NCBI GenBank assembly: GCA_951406725.2 | Contig: OX597821.1 | Coordinates: 88,350,001 to 88,414,000 of the forward strand | Direction: 5' to 3' | DNA length: 64,000 nt | DNA from: Octopus vulgaris | Taxonomy: Eukaryota | In this document: one piece after another, positions 25,454 through 38,348 of the stretch | Position numbering within the stretch: position 1 is the stretch's first letter | Layout: each line of letters begins with the position of its first letter | Made by a program: the position numbers and the translations under genes | Notes under the pieces: generated by a model | What the model was told of the DNA's origin: nothing | Database searches by the model: none | What the model saw: only the letters and a program-made list of their open reading frames with translations

Positions 25454-25587
25454 TCGGCACAGATACACACTCCTATATATACATATATATATATGCACGT
25501 GAGTGCGTGTGTGTGCGTGTGTGTGTATGTATATAATATACATATATATACGTCAATATATATATATAAATGTATATGTATATATAG

Positions 25588-25698
<111 letters not shown>

Positions 25699-26175
25699 TA
25701 TATGTATATACTCATTTGTCGGTATATTTAATGCGACAATCAGAGTAATGTATGCTGTAGATTCGATATGAGCTAATAAGTTATATTAATCACGTCCTTT
25801 ACACAGTTAAGTTCTGACATAAAAGAAGCCATTAAGTAATAAATATAAAAATATTAATGATGCTCCAGGCTGTGTAGACACCATATTCTCTCGGTGAGTA
25901 TACTGACTGTACTGTTTATGTTAGTATATATGTGCGTGTATTTATACGTAATTATGTATATGAGCGTATTTATGTCTCGCTCGCTCAACGTACGTAAATG
26001 TGCGCGAGCGAGTGTTAATGAATGTCACATGTGTCTGTCTTGGTATAGGTCAACGTACACTTTATACAACTTTTTATATATATCCTCTATCTACGTATTT
26101 ATCGACTTTTCTTTCTCTCTGACTTTCTCTCATCACCTTTCTGTGTGCTTATCTGTACACAAACAACCCATACGA

Positions 26176-26206
<31 letters not shown>

Positions 26207-26223
26207 TGTGTGTGTGTGCGTGC

Positions 26224-26262
<39 letters not shown>

Positions 26263-26344
26263 TGTTTGTGTGTGTGTGTATGTGTGTGTGTGTGCGTGTG
26301 AGTGTGTGTGCGTGTGTGCGCGCATGTGTGTGTATGTGTGTGTA

Positions 26345-26396
<52 letters not shown>

Positions 26397-26398
<2 letters not shown>

Positions 26399-26568
26399 GG
26401 GAGAGTTTACGAAAAAAACAAAAGACGAAGACAGGTGGTGTAGAAAACAAACAGCTGTATTAGCATAACGCTCAGGAATAGAAAAAGTCTTTTACGTTTC
26501 GAGCCTACGCTCTTCTACAGAAAGGGACACCGAAAAATCAAGGAGAGAAAAAAAATGTGTGTAATGGC
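26397..26568 (-). mobile_element. Mini PLE-like element with minimal hammerhead (26489-26524)
   Basis: Minus: cttt-CTGTAGA-A-gagc-gtag-gctc-GAAAC-GTA-aaag. (TA)n at both ends. Close copies at 32338 and 62688. Confidence 0.75.
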
Positions 26569-26580
26569 TATATATATATG

Positions 26581-26777
26581 GTGGAGACGCGTGGCTTAGT
26601 GGCTAGGGTGTCAGCATTATGATCGTAAGATTGTGGTTTCGATTCCTGGACCGGGCGACGCTCTGTGTTCTTGAGCAAAATACTTCATTTCCCGTTGCTC
26701 CAGTTCACTCAGCTGGCAAAAATGAGTAACACTGCGATGGACTGGCGTCCCATCCACCTGGGGAACACATACGCCAT
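26581..26777 (+). mobile_element. SINE-B (3'-truncated)
   Basis: GTGGAGACGCGTGGCTTAGTGG (A box)...GGTTTCGATTCC (B box), then core CTTGAGCAAAATACTTCATTTC..TTGCTCCAGTTCACTCAGCTG. Confidence 0.88.
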
Positions 26778-27698
26778 ATGATTCGGTCTACTTCTTCTTC
26801 TCTCTCTCCCTCCCTCTCTTTCCCTATATTTCTCCCTCTTGTTTACATGTGAGTGTTTATGTGAAAGTTCACTTACAAACACAACAGACTGCACATGACT
26901 CGAACCACTTTGGTTAGCAAAGGTAAGTGGTTCGGGGAATATAGAATCTGTTGTGTTTCTATGTGAAGTTTTGGGTTTGATATATAACTCCAGTGCGTTC
27001 AGGTCACTCAGAACCCCAGTTGTACACGCGTAAGTGTCTTAAGAAATATATTTTTCTTTACTTTTATTCAAGACTATATTTAATCCAGTGAGTTACGATC
27101 TATTATTTATAGCAGTTTTCGTATTTGTGATATATTGTAGAGACGCACACATACTGCTATAGATATGTATACACAATCATATATGTATGCATATACATTA
27201 GTGTGTGAGTCGAAGTATGCTTTTCTATAACTGAGGTTCCCGAAAATCTTGTTCCAATCTCTAGTACAAAAGAGTGAAAAATTAGAATTACTGTCAAATC
27301 CCAGAACTCTCTTCCTCAAAATCTCCCAACAGAAAATCTCACAAAAGGATTTTGTCGTTGAACAGTATGCAGTTATAAAACTGTTTCGCCCAAGCAAAAA
27401 GATTAAGAATCGTGACGAACGTTTTCCCTGGTGTCTTTCAAAAGATAGTTGCGTCTCTATGTAACACATGAATAATTTGTAACAGGAAAAAAATAATAAA
27501 TAAATAAATAAAAATAAAAAGACTATAATCGGAGCAGAATAGCTCCCACCAATTCGTTGTTCTTTTTACAAGAATTCTCATAAGTATGGACCCAAGATAT
27601 GCAAAATAATGGGATAAAAACTTGGATCATTGAATTCTCAAGAAACTAGTCTCTGAGAGAGTTATTTAATAATTGAACTAGCTACAACAGACAAATGC

Positions 27699-27781
<83 letters not shown>

Positions 27782-27792
27782 ATATGCATATA

Positions 27793-27931
27793 AGTGCAGG
27801 AGAGGTTGTGTGGCAAGAAGCTTGCTTCCCAACCACATGGTTTCGGGTTCAGTGTGGTACCTTAGGTAAGTGTCTTCTACTATAGCCTCGAGTCGACAAA
27901 AGCCTTGTGAGTAACTGTAAGAAGCCCGTCG
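27793..27931 (+). mobile_element. SINE-A 5' half ending at its internal microsatellite
   Basis: Homology to 36993-37157; 3' half absent. Confidence 0.8.
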
Positions 27932-27985
27932 CATGTATGTATGTATGTATGTATGTATGTATGTATGTATGTATGTATGTACGTA

Positions 27986-28022
<37 letters not shown>

Positions 28023-28094
28023 GTATGTATGTATGTAAGTATGTATGTATGTACGTATGCATGTATATATATATATACATATATATATATAACC

Positions 28095-28380
28095 AACTAA
28101 TAAGGGTGAGAAAATTGGATACTAATTTAATAGTACCATCAATTTAACACCAAGTGGCTTAGTGCATAAAAACCGGGAATACAATAAATTTCATACGTAA
28201 ATATAAGAGAGTGACCACTATGTGGTCGACTCTAGCACTAAAAATAGATCCGCTACGGTTTCAGCCACGAAGAATTGTTTCCGATGAAAGTTAGCACAAG
28301 TATTAGCGTAAACGAACAGGGCAAATAAAAAATAACAAAAATGCAGATTAATTCAGGACAATTGTTTCGCTATTATATTA
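28095..28380 (-). mobile_element. Inverted pseudo-LTR of the adjacent PLE; carries the 3' half of an HHR
   Basis: Homologous to 48317-48468 and to the reverse complement of about 48575-48866. GAAACAATTGTC on minus at 28357-28368. Starts at a (TA)n tract. Confidence 0.75.
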
Positions 28381-28384
28381 TATA

Positions 28385-29195
28385 TCCACCACAGATTCAT
28401 AATCGCAGCACTCAAATTCATCCTACTGAACAACAAACCACTTCACGTTCGATACAGTTTACTATCGACAAAAAAACGTGGAATTGCAATTGGAACCTGA
28501 GCTGCCCCCGTGATTGCAAACCTTGTGAATGGGTTACCAGAACTTAAAATATATTAATCATCACTACAAAATATGGCACCTCTTTTCATTGCTATTTAAA
28601 GGAGAACTGGAAGAGGTATTTGGACGATTGCTTTATACTTTGTAAAGATAACATGGACAAACTCCTCGATTTGAAAATAATGCTCAATAATATTAATAGC
28701 AACATACAATTCACCATGGAGCACAGCAATAAACAACTCCCTTTTCTTGATATCCTAATTAAAATAGTCAATAACCACATCGAAACAGACTTCTATAAAC
28801 CCACAGATTCAAACAATACCTAATATTCAACTCATGCCACCCCAAACACATAAAAATTAATATAACTTATAATCTAACGAAAAGAATCTGCACCATAGTT
28901 TCGGACACCTATACTTGTGTATGAAGACTCCTTGAACTCAGATCAATTCTAATCAAAAGGAATTACCTAATATCGTTAATAAATGATGGCATTAAACGAG
29001 CAAAGGAAATAGACATACGAACGTTAAGGTAAGTTAACCGAAATACTACACTAGACTTAAAAAATACTCCCATGCATCTCCACACATAACCCTAGAAGCA
29101 ATGAAGCCTTCAACATTATCATCAAAAATCTACCCATCCTCACATGAGATAAAACAATGAACAAAATTTTAGGCTCACACAAAATTATCAATGTA
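28385..29195 (+). pseudogene. Penelope-like element reverse transcriptase relic
   Basis: Across frameshifts and stops: ALKFIL.NN.FTFDTVYYRQK, GIAIGT.AAPVIANL..GY, WKRYLDDCFI (YLDD at 28617-28628), IQFTME..LPFLDI, YKPTDSKQYL.FNSCHPKH, STHNP. Confidence 0.88.
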
Positions 29196-29778
29196 ACAGA
29201 AATCCTTGAGAAAATACAGACAGACACACACGTTACGCACTCAAAAACATACGCACAAGCACACATACATGCACACTCACGCGCACACACACAAACACAA
29301 GCGCGTAAACACGTATATTGGAGGAGTATATTTCCGCCTTCCAAATCGACACAGAATGCTTTGATCGAAAACACTTGACCAAAATGTCACACAGTGGGAC
29401 TGAACCCGGAACAAGGGGGCTAGTAAAGAAGATTCTTACGAAATTAAGCTAAAAATTTTTTGAATTTAACGATGCATTTATTAATGTATAAGGGGACATG
29501 CCTGTTCCCCTTGACATTTGCCACAAGTGTCCCTACTACAACAAGCCCAAATATGTGTACAAATAATACCACCACCGGTTCCACGAGACAATAAGAGGGC
29601 CTATATGCTTATATTCGATTCTAGGCCCTACTAGAGAACCAGCCGAATGCTTTCAAATGTAATAACTCATAATATGAAAAACGCGGGACACATTGAATTG
29701 TTTTATTACAAAAGCTGAAACTGACATGATGTCGCCTTGGCTAAAGAAGTAATTTATCTTAGGTATGCTGAACGGATT

Positions 29779-30077
29779 GTGTGGAGGCGCAATGGCCCAG
29801 TGGTTAGGGCAGCGGACTCGCGGTCGGAGGAACGCGGTTTCGATTCCCAGATCGATGTGTGTATTTATTGAGCGAAAACACCTAAAAGCTGCACGAGACT
29901 CAGGCAGGGGGTGGTGGCGATCCCTGTTGTACTTTTTCGCCACAACTTTCTTTCACTCTCTCTTCATGTTTCTTGAGTAACGCTGCGGTGGACAGGCGTC
30001 CGATCCAGCTGGGGGGAACACATACGCCACAGAAACCGGGCCCATGAGCCTGGCTAGGCTTGAAAAGGGCGATGTTT
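29779..30077 (+). mobile_element. Full-length tRNA-derived SINE (own head, body shared with 16972, tail shared with SINE-B)
   Basis: A box TGGCCCAGTGG, B box GGTTTCGATTCC. Perfect 15-bp TSD TATGCTGAACGGATT at 29764-29778 and 30078-30092. Confidence 0.92.
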
Positions 30078-30863
30078 TATGCTGAACGGATTAGAGCTGA
30101 TCTTGGGGAGGTGCGGTACACAACAATGAGGACAAAAAAATAATCCGACCTTTCGCCTGTTGACTTTCACCACCTCCATATTATTGTTCTGCTCGCCTTC
30201 TACATCAAAGTATGTTCTTTTCTCTCTACTTACATACCATATTCATTAAGTCGCGTGTTCTTCCACTTCGCAGATACATCGACATCGCTTGCATTCCAGG
30301 TCTTTCTACAAATATACCCTTAAACTGCATATTTTTGTCACAACCATTATCACAACAACTATAACCATAAGCACAAATCACATTTCCTCCTGTCATATCT
30401 TTTTAAATTTATCTTCAGCCCTCATCCCTACAGCTACAGTCACCGCACCTACCATTTATACAAACCATACAAACACATTATAAAAACATACACTATTTGC
30501 TTTCGCGCGCGTTTTCTCGTGTGTGTGTGTGTGTGTTTGCATGTGCGAGTGTATATGTATGTGTATTTCTATCTGTGTGTATTTCTATTTATGTGCATGT
30601 GTAGGTGAGAGAGCCTGTGAGTGTGAACGCACACATTTACATACAATGACACGCAAAGCCACGTATGTTACTATCAATTATTCTTTCAGTCAGACACACT
30701 AAACACACACACACACAAATATGTATAAGTGTACACACACACATAGACACACACACGCATGCACACATGTATATACATATACATATGTATTTATAAATAC
30801 ATATTCATATATGCATGTGTGTTTTGTGTGTGTAAGAAAATGCAGGAGCCAAGAATAACTTAT

Positions 30864-31047
30864 TACTCATTTACTCTTTTACTTGTTTCAGTCATTTGAC
30901 TGTAGCCATGCTGGAGCACCGCCTCTAGTCGAGCAAATCGACTGATTCTTTGTAAGCCTAGTACTTATTCTATCGCTCTTACCGGGACGTAAATACACCA
31001 GCATCGGTTGTCATGGGATGTTGGTGGAGACAAACACAGACACACAA

Positions 31048-31127
<80 letters not shown>

Positions 31128-31303
31128 TTCTACATATATACGACGGGCTTCTTTTAGATTATGTCTACCAAATCCACTCACAAGGCTTTGGTCGGCCCGA
31201 GGCTATAGTAGAAGACACTTGCCCAAGTTGCCACGCAGTGGGACTGAACCCGGAATTATATGGTTGGTAAGCAAGTTACTTACCACGCAGTCACTCCTGC
31301 GCC
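30864..31303 (-). mobile_element. SINE-A
   Basis: Head and tail as in 19161-19600; long internal (TA)n. Confidence 0.9.
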
Positions 31304-31408
31304 TATTGGTAAGATAAATATTTATTCATAAAAGATTAACTACTTATACAGTAGGTACTTGTCATTTGAACAGTTACAATATATTTTTTCCTTTATTAAG
31401 TACCTGAA

Positions 31409-31946
31409 CGTAACGCGCCCCAACTTTTATTAACATTAAGTTTTATATATCCGTGCGACTCTATTTCTTGCCTTTGCTCTCTCTCGCCCTCTTGCCTCTA
31501 TTTCTAGCCTTTCTCCTGTCTCCTTCCCCCTTCATCCCTTCCCTTGTTTTCTCTCTGTCGCTCTCTCTCTCTCCTTCTCTTTTGCCATCCCTTTCCTCTG
31601 CCTGTTGCTCGTACGTGACTCGTGGCCAACTTTCTTCCTTTTCTCTCCCTTTTTCACACCGGTTGCGTAGCTGACCGGTCATAAATTCTCTATGTCTCAC
31701 TGTCTTGCTATTTTCTGCTTTCAAGTCCTTTAGGATACCCGCTAAGCATTGACCACCATTCTCGTCTTTTTGGCCCTGAGACTATATTTTGCTCGTTTCT
31801 CATTTATTTCGTCTTTGTCCATCATCTTAAATTACATTTATTCACTTTCGTATGTTCACTCTGTTTTGTTATGTTTGCTCTCGGCCCTATATTCCCCGCA
31901 ACTTTCGCGGGCATCACCAGCATCGGAACACACAGTACACGTTATA
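31409..31946. mobile_element. Candidate solo LTR
   Basis: Ends CGTAACG...CGTTATA, each one change from TGTAACG...CGTTACA. About 540 bp, GC-richer than flanks. No TSD or second copy seen. Confidence 0.3.
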
Positions 31947-32006
31947 GGTTTTTTTTTACCTATCGTTTGTATATTTACAACACATTTTTCCATTTATATC
32001 TAACTC

Positions 32007-32337
<331 letters not shown>

Positions 32338-32528
32338 ACGGGAAGTTTTATGAAAATAAATAAAAGACGAAGGCAGGTGGAGTACAAACAAAAAATGTAA
32401 TTAGTATGGTGCTCAGGAATATAAATAAACAAGTCTTTTACGTTTCGAGTCTACGCTCTTCAACAGAAAGATACACAGAAAAGAAACACGCAGAGAAACA
32501 AGGAGAGAAAAAAATGCGTGCAGAAGCT
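32338..32528 (-). mobile_element. Mini PLE-like element with minimal hammerhead (32434-32471)
   Basis: Minus: tcttt-CTGTTGA-A-gagc-gtag-actc-GAAAC-GTA-aaaga. (TA)n on both sides. Confidence 0.75.
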
Positions 32529-32625
32529 ATATATATATATATATATATATAGTGATAGATATATAAAGAAAAGTAGATTCCTACATACATACACACATAA
32601 TACATACATACATACATACATACAT

Positions 32626-33085
32626 TCGAGATCCGTCGAAAGGATAACACCGAGGACAAAGAAACAATAACCCACAGTATGGTAGAAGTCGTAGCCACAC
32701 ATAATAAAAAGGAGTACTGGTGGAATGTCCCAGTGAAGACCTCAATAAAATTTAAGCACAACAGACCTGGTATAATGATTTGAGATAGAGAAGAGAAACT
32801 GTGTACAATTGTGAAAATTAGTTGCCCAACGGATGTTAACATAAAGATAAAGATCAGTGAAACAGAGTATACCTACGCTGAACTATTGAGAAATCTGGAG
32901 TCACTCTATCCAGATTACAAGTTCAGGTTTATGCCTGTAATTATTGGGGCCCTGGAATATGTAACACACTGCCTAAATACCAATCTCGAGAAATTAGGCT
33001 TCTCAGAACTGAAAAGGTGAAAGCTAATTCGAAGGCTACAGGTCCAATCCAATACTGGAACTGGAGAACTCTTTAAAACGTTTCA
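32626..33085 (+). pseudogene. R4/Dong-type non-LTR element, C-terminal restriction-like endonuclease relic
   Basis: YWWNVPVKTSIKFKHNRP.IMI.DREEKLCTIVKISCP.DVNI..K...TYAEL...F.PVIIGAL with stops (degenerate RPD..E..K motif). Lies between (CATA)n tracts. Confidence 0.75.
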
Positions 33086-33182
33086 GAAGTGTATTTATCC
33101 TTTGAATATATATGAGCATATCTAGATATGGAAGTATATGCATGACAATTCATACTTAATGGAAACACATACAAATCTGCAC

Positions 33183-33265
33183 ACATACATACATACATAT
33201 ATTCATACACACATACATACATGAATACATACATACATACATACATACATACATACATACATACA

Positions 33266-33301
<36 letters not shown>

Positions 33302-33550
33302 CATACATACATACATACATACGTAGATATATACATACACATACATACATACATACATACATACATACATACATACATACATACATACATACATACATAC
33401 ATACATACATACATACATACATACATACATACATACATACATACATACATGCATACAAAAATACATACATACATACATATATACATACATACATACATAC
33501 ATACGTAGATATATACATACACACATACATACATACATACATACATACAT
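33183..33550. repeat. (CATA)n microsatellite
   Basis: Directly visible. Confidence 0.95.
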
Positions 33551-33583
33551 GAAACGTGTTTGTGTGCATAGATATGTAGGTAT

Positions 33584-33815
33584 CTCTTTTACTCTTTTAC
33601 TCTTTTACTTGTTTCAGTCATTTGACTGTGGCCATGCTGGAGGACCGCCTTTAGTCGAGCAAATCGACCCCGGGACTTATTCTTTGTAAGCCCAGTACTT
33701 ATTCTATCGGTCTCTTTTGCCGAACCGCTAAGTGACGGGGACGTAAACACACCAGCATCGGTTGTCAAGCAATGCTAGGGGGACAAACATAGACACACAA
33801 ACACATACACACGCA

Positions 33816-33875
<60 letters not shown>

Positions 33876-34021
33876 TACGACAGGCTTCTTTCAGTTTCCG
33901 TCTACCAAATCCACTCACAAGGCTATAGGAGAAGACACTTGCACAAGATGCCACGCAGTGGGACTGAACCCGGAACCGTGTGGTTGGTAAGCAAGCTACT
34001 TACCACACAGTCACTCCTGCG
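33584..34021 (-). mobile_element. SINE-A
   Basis: Head, internal (TA)n and (AAAAGAGT)n tail present. Confidence 0.92.
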
Positions 34022-34848
34022 TATGTATATGTATGTATATATGTGTGTGCGTTTGTACGTACGTTTGTGTGTACGTGTGTGTGTGTTACGAAAGTGAACT
34101 TACGGAAATAACTCTGAGTTGCATTAATTTGTAAGTAAAAAATGCGAACAAAAGAAAAAAATTCCAGATTATATACAAAATAAATTATTGATGGGCTTGG
34201 GGAGAAGTTAAACAAACACATAGCGATAATTACAACTCACTGTAAATGAAATATTTCTTTTTCTTAATAGTGAGTTAGTTCAGGAAGGAGGTTGATTGTT
34301 AATTCCTTGGAGACTGCTTGGCCTTGTCATTTGAAATCGGCTGTAATTTGCATTGTTCGTTTATATTCCCTCGAAGTGAAGATAATTGCAATAAATCAAG
34401 ATGTTATCTCGTACAGGATATAGTGTACATTTCTTCGCCCATTTAATCAAAATCTTGCCACTAGTCACTCTGAGATTTGTTTTAATTATGCAAATTAACC
34501 TTGGCTAAAAAAATGCTGTCTATTCTTTTTGTATATAACAGTAACTCTTCTCTGGTTGTATTTAATGTAGTTCAACGAAATGTTGATCAGAGCCATTCAG
34601 GCTGACACACGTGTTAGCTGCTCCCCACTTGTCTCCAGAAAAAGCAGTTTATTTTTCACTAATGCCATGTTAATAAACAAGATTGATGGTGAATCCCTCG
34701 TAAATGCATTCCATTTCTTTTGGAATCAGTTGCAGTTGATACAAGCAGATAATATTTTTTTTATCTCATCTCGAAATGCAATTTTAGTAAATCAAGGAAA
34801 TTTATCTTGCACGCGCACACAAAAACACATTTAGGTATGCATAGTACT

Positions 34849-34881
<33 letters not shown>

Positions 34882-34882
<1 letters not shown>

Positions 34883-35087
34883 TTTATTTAAAGCAGCAGA
34901 AAATTCAACAAAATCTGTTACTCTGAGTTTCTCGTTGTCGTTCATCAGACAGTTTTTGCTAGCACGAGAAACTCAGAGTAACAGATTTTGTTGAATTTTC
35001 TGCTGCTTTAAATAAAGCATATTACTCTACCACTGGTATTTGAGTACTCTTTTTTTCCACCTTGTTTCACATTTATGAGTTTACTCC

Positions 35088-35090
<3 letters not shown>
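34882..35090. mobile_element. PLE pseudo-LTR-like insert in (TA)n with a perfect 54-bp inverted repeat
   Basis: 34882-34935 is the exact reverse complement of 34964-35017 (28-bp spacer). 35023-35090 recurs inverted at 59304-59370. Confidence 0.8.
34910..34956 (-). ncRNA. Minimal type I hammerhead ribozyme motif
   Basis: Minus: aaaactgt-CTGATGA-acg-acaa-cga-GAA-ACTCAGAGT-A-acagatttt. Helix I ctgt/acag, helix III ACTC/GAGT, GUA triplet. First helix II pair is mismatched. Confidence 0.7.
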
Positions 35091-35136
<46 letters not shown>

Positions 35137-35146
35137 GCATAGGTAT

Positions 35147-35177
<31 letters not shown>

Positions 35178-35331
35178 AATGAATATCTTTATTCACACAT
35201 ACTTGCACATATCCAAACATACGTAGACAAGCAAAATGAACTTCAGGTCGGAGAGTTTTGTACATTACAAATATTCTGTAGCACATAATAATAAACTCTA
35301 AGACCTTGAGTTGCTATCTTGGAATATAATG

Positions 35332-35374
<43 letters not shown>

Positions 35375-35532
35375 CACGTGTGTGTGTGCGTGTGTGTGTG
35401 GGTATGCGTATACACGCATAAAGCTCTATTTCTGTTTCTTCTACCACACCTATACATCTATCTGTCTCTCTCTCCCTTCTTCTCTCTCTCTGTCTTCATA
35501 TATACATACATAATACATACATACATACATAC

Positions 35533-35567
<35 letters not shown>

Positions 35568-35600
35568 CATACACATATACATATATATATATACATATAC

Positions 35601-35632
<32 letters not shown>

Positions 35633-35664
35633 GTACATATACATATATATATATATACATATAC

Positions 35665-35713
<49 letters not shown>

Positions 35714-35812
35714 GTATCTAAGTGTTTATGAAGTATTCACCCCGCCAAACACATGCACACACACACACACATATATATATGTGTGTGTGTATGTGTGCGT
35801 ATGTGTGAGTGC

Positions 35813-35863
<51 letters not shown>

Positions 35864-36364
35864 GAGAGAGAGAGATGCATTGAAATATGTGAGAGAAGCG
35901 CACATCACACCAAGGTACATCATCATTTTCATTCTCACACTTCCTCAAGAAGTATATTATTCATCACAAAGCAAATGTACCAAGAAGAAAAAAAAAAAGA
36001 AATTCTTAAAGAATAACCATTGTGCCATAGCCCAGGACAAAAGAATCTCCTCAGACATGAGTCTAACTTTATCAGATTCCAGCAAACGGAACACCACACC
36101 CAACCATCTAACCTCCCCGTCACCACCACCGCCAGTACACTAAACCATAATATGCAAGAGGAGAGTGATGGAGGTGGTAGTGGTGGTGGTGGAGGAGGAG
36201 GTGGTGGTGGTGGTGGGGAAGGAGCCGACAAATGTGGAAAACTAACAAGTGTGAAGACAACACAAGTAGAAAGATGACAAATTTGTACAGACATGCAACA
36301 TTCTTTTAGATTCACCTGTCAACAATTATTTAGCAATTCATATAATAGTGAAACTTCCTAATTG

Positions 36365-36367
36365 TTT

Positions 36368-36401
<34 letters not shown>

Positions 36402-36516
36402 CACTACCACTATCGCGGTTACCACCACCACCACAAGTACTATTACTACCACTAACACGGTCACCACCACCACAACTACTACTACCACTATCACGGTCAC
36501 CACCACCACCACAGCA

Positions 36517-36562
<46 letters not shown>

Positions 36563-36669
36563 TTATAGTCGTAGCGGTGGTGGTGGTGATGATTGTGATG
36601 GTAGTAGTAGTAATTGTTGTAGTATTAAAATTAATAGTAGTAGTAGTAGTAGTAGTAGCAGCAGCAGAG

Positions 36670-36734
<65 letters not shown>

Positions 36735-36735
36735 T
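36365..36735. repeat. Opposed (CTA)n and (TAG)n microsatellites with an embedded minisatellite of about 40-45 bp
   Basis: (ACT)n/(ACC)n 36368-36560 with three CTACCACTATCACGGTCACCACC-like units, then (GTA)n 36600-36733. Confidence 0.9.
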
Positions 36736-36992
36736 GTTGTTTTTGCCAAGTTAGAGTGATGGATGAGAGAAATGCTCGCAGGGGCTGGGGCATTCAAATT
36801 TTTTTCTATCTACATACATATCATAACCCTCTGGTTTTGTAACCAGTCACTGTCGATTTTATCTCTTCATATCTCACTGGGTTGATAAGAATAACAGTAT
36901 GTGATTCAAAACTCTATAGGGGAAGTCGACCGAGACAAAATTGTCTTCATATCGGTACTACAAAGAAAGTAAAATAAATAAAACACAGTACA

Positions 36993-37164
36993 GGCGCAGG
37001 AGTGGCTGTGTGGTAAGTAGCTTGCTTACGAGCCACATGGTTCCGGGTTCAGTCCCAATGCGTGACACCTTGGGCAAGTGTCTTCTACTATAGCCTCGGG
37101 CCGACTAAAAGCCTTGTGAGTGGATTTCGAAGACAGAAACTGAAAGAAGCCCGTCGTATATATG

Positions 37165-37229
<65 letters not shown>

Positions 37230-37448
37230 ATATGTTTGTGTGTCTGTGTTTGTCCCCCAACATCGCTTGACAAGCGATGCTGGTGTGTTCACGTCCCCGT
37301 AACTTAGCGGTTCGGCAAAAGAGACCGATAGAATAAGTACTAGGCTTCCAAAGAATAAGTCCTGGGGTCGATTTGCTCGACTAAAGGCGGTGCTCCAGCA
37401 TGGTGGCCGCAGTCAAATGACTGAAACAAGTAAAAGAGTAAAAGAGTA
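36993..37448 (+). mobile_element. SINE-A, full length
   Basis: GGCGCAGGAGTGGCTGTGTGG head to ACTGAAACAAGTAAAAGAGTAAAAGAGT tail. Confidence 0.93.
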
Positions 37449-37490
37449 CTTGTTGATGACTAAATGTAGATTCTTATATAAATCACATTG

Positions 37491-38280
37491 TGCGAGAGGA
37501 TGCTGGAGTGTTCTTAGCTTTGAGGATATCGCGAAAGGCCTGGCTGGAGGCCCAACCTTCCGAGTGCTTTTACAGGAGTTAGAAAAACTCAGCGACTGCA
37601 GCAATAAGTGTGCGAATCTCATAGGGGAACATCTATATATATAAAACTCAACTTGTGTGTCTGTGTGTTTAACTTCCCGGCACATCTCCTCATAGCCAAC
37701 AAATCGTAGAACCACTATAAAATGGGTCACTTAAAGTTTAGGCGAATGAAAAATTGAACTGCGCTATTTCTGTTCCGAAATTCATCTCGCAAGTGCAAAA
37801 ATCGATGATGTTTTTGTTTAGGCCTTATCCCATGCATTGAATAGTGAACTTTACTCAGTCAGCTGTTTGACGTGAACTGTGTTCACCACGCGTGCAAGCA
37901 TGCGTAAATTGCATGAAAAATAAAAAATCAAGATATAAAAACGAATCGCCGTAAACATTGTAGAAATTCGGCAAAGAAATGAATTTTCGGGATGTAGCTT
38001 GGAGGGTTTTTTCTTATTAATCGTTTGGACTTTGTGAACACATACCAGTTGTTTTCATAACATTTTTAACGCTTTGAATTAAATGTGATCATTTTGCGTT
38101 GTGTCTGCAGTTTGAATCCTTTTAACCAAATTTTAGCTGGCCGGATTTTTGATCATCACGATACATCGCCAGTGACTCCCCGAAACTCTCCCCTGAAATC
38201 CCCGTTGAGAAATACTGATCTAAAAGAATAATTCAACAATGCAATTATTTGATCAACAAAAATTTATGAAACGCTTCTAC

Positions 38281-38348
<68 letters not shown>

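Noticed and set aside
36993-37060. SINE heads (also 26581, 29779, 52080) as tRNA genes
   Set aside because: A and B boxes are present but no complete cloverleaf; they continue into SINE bodies and tails.
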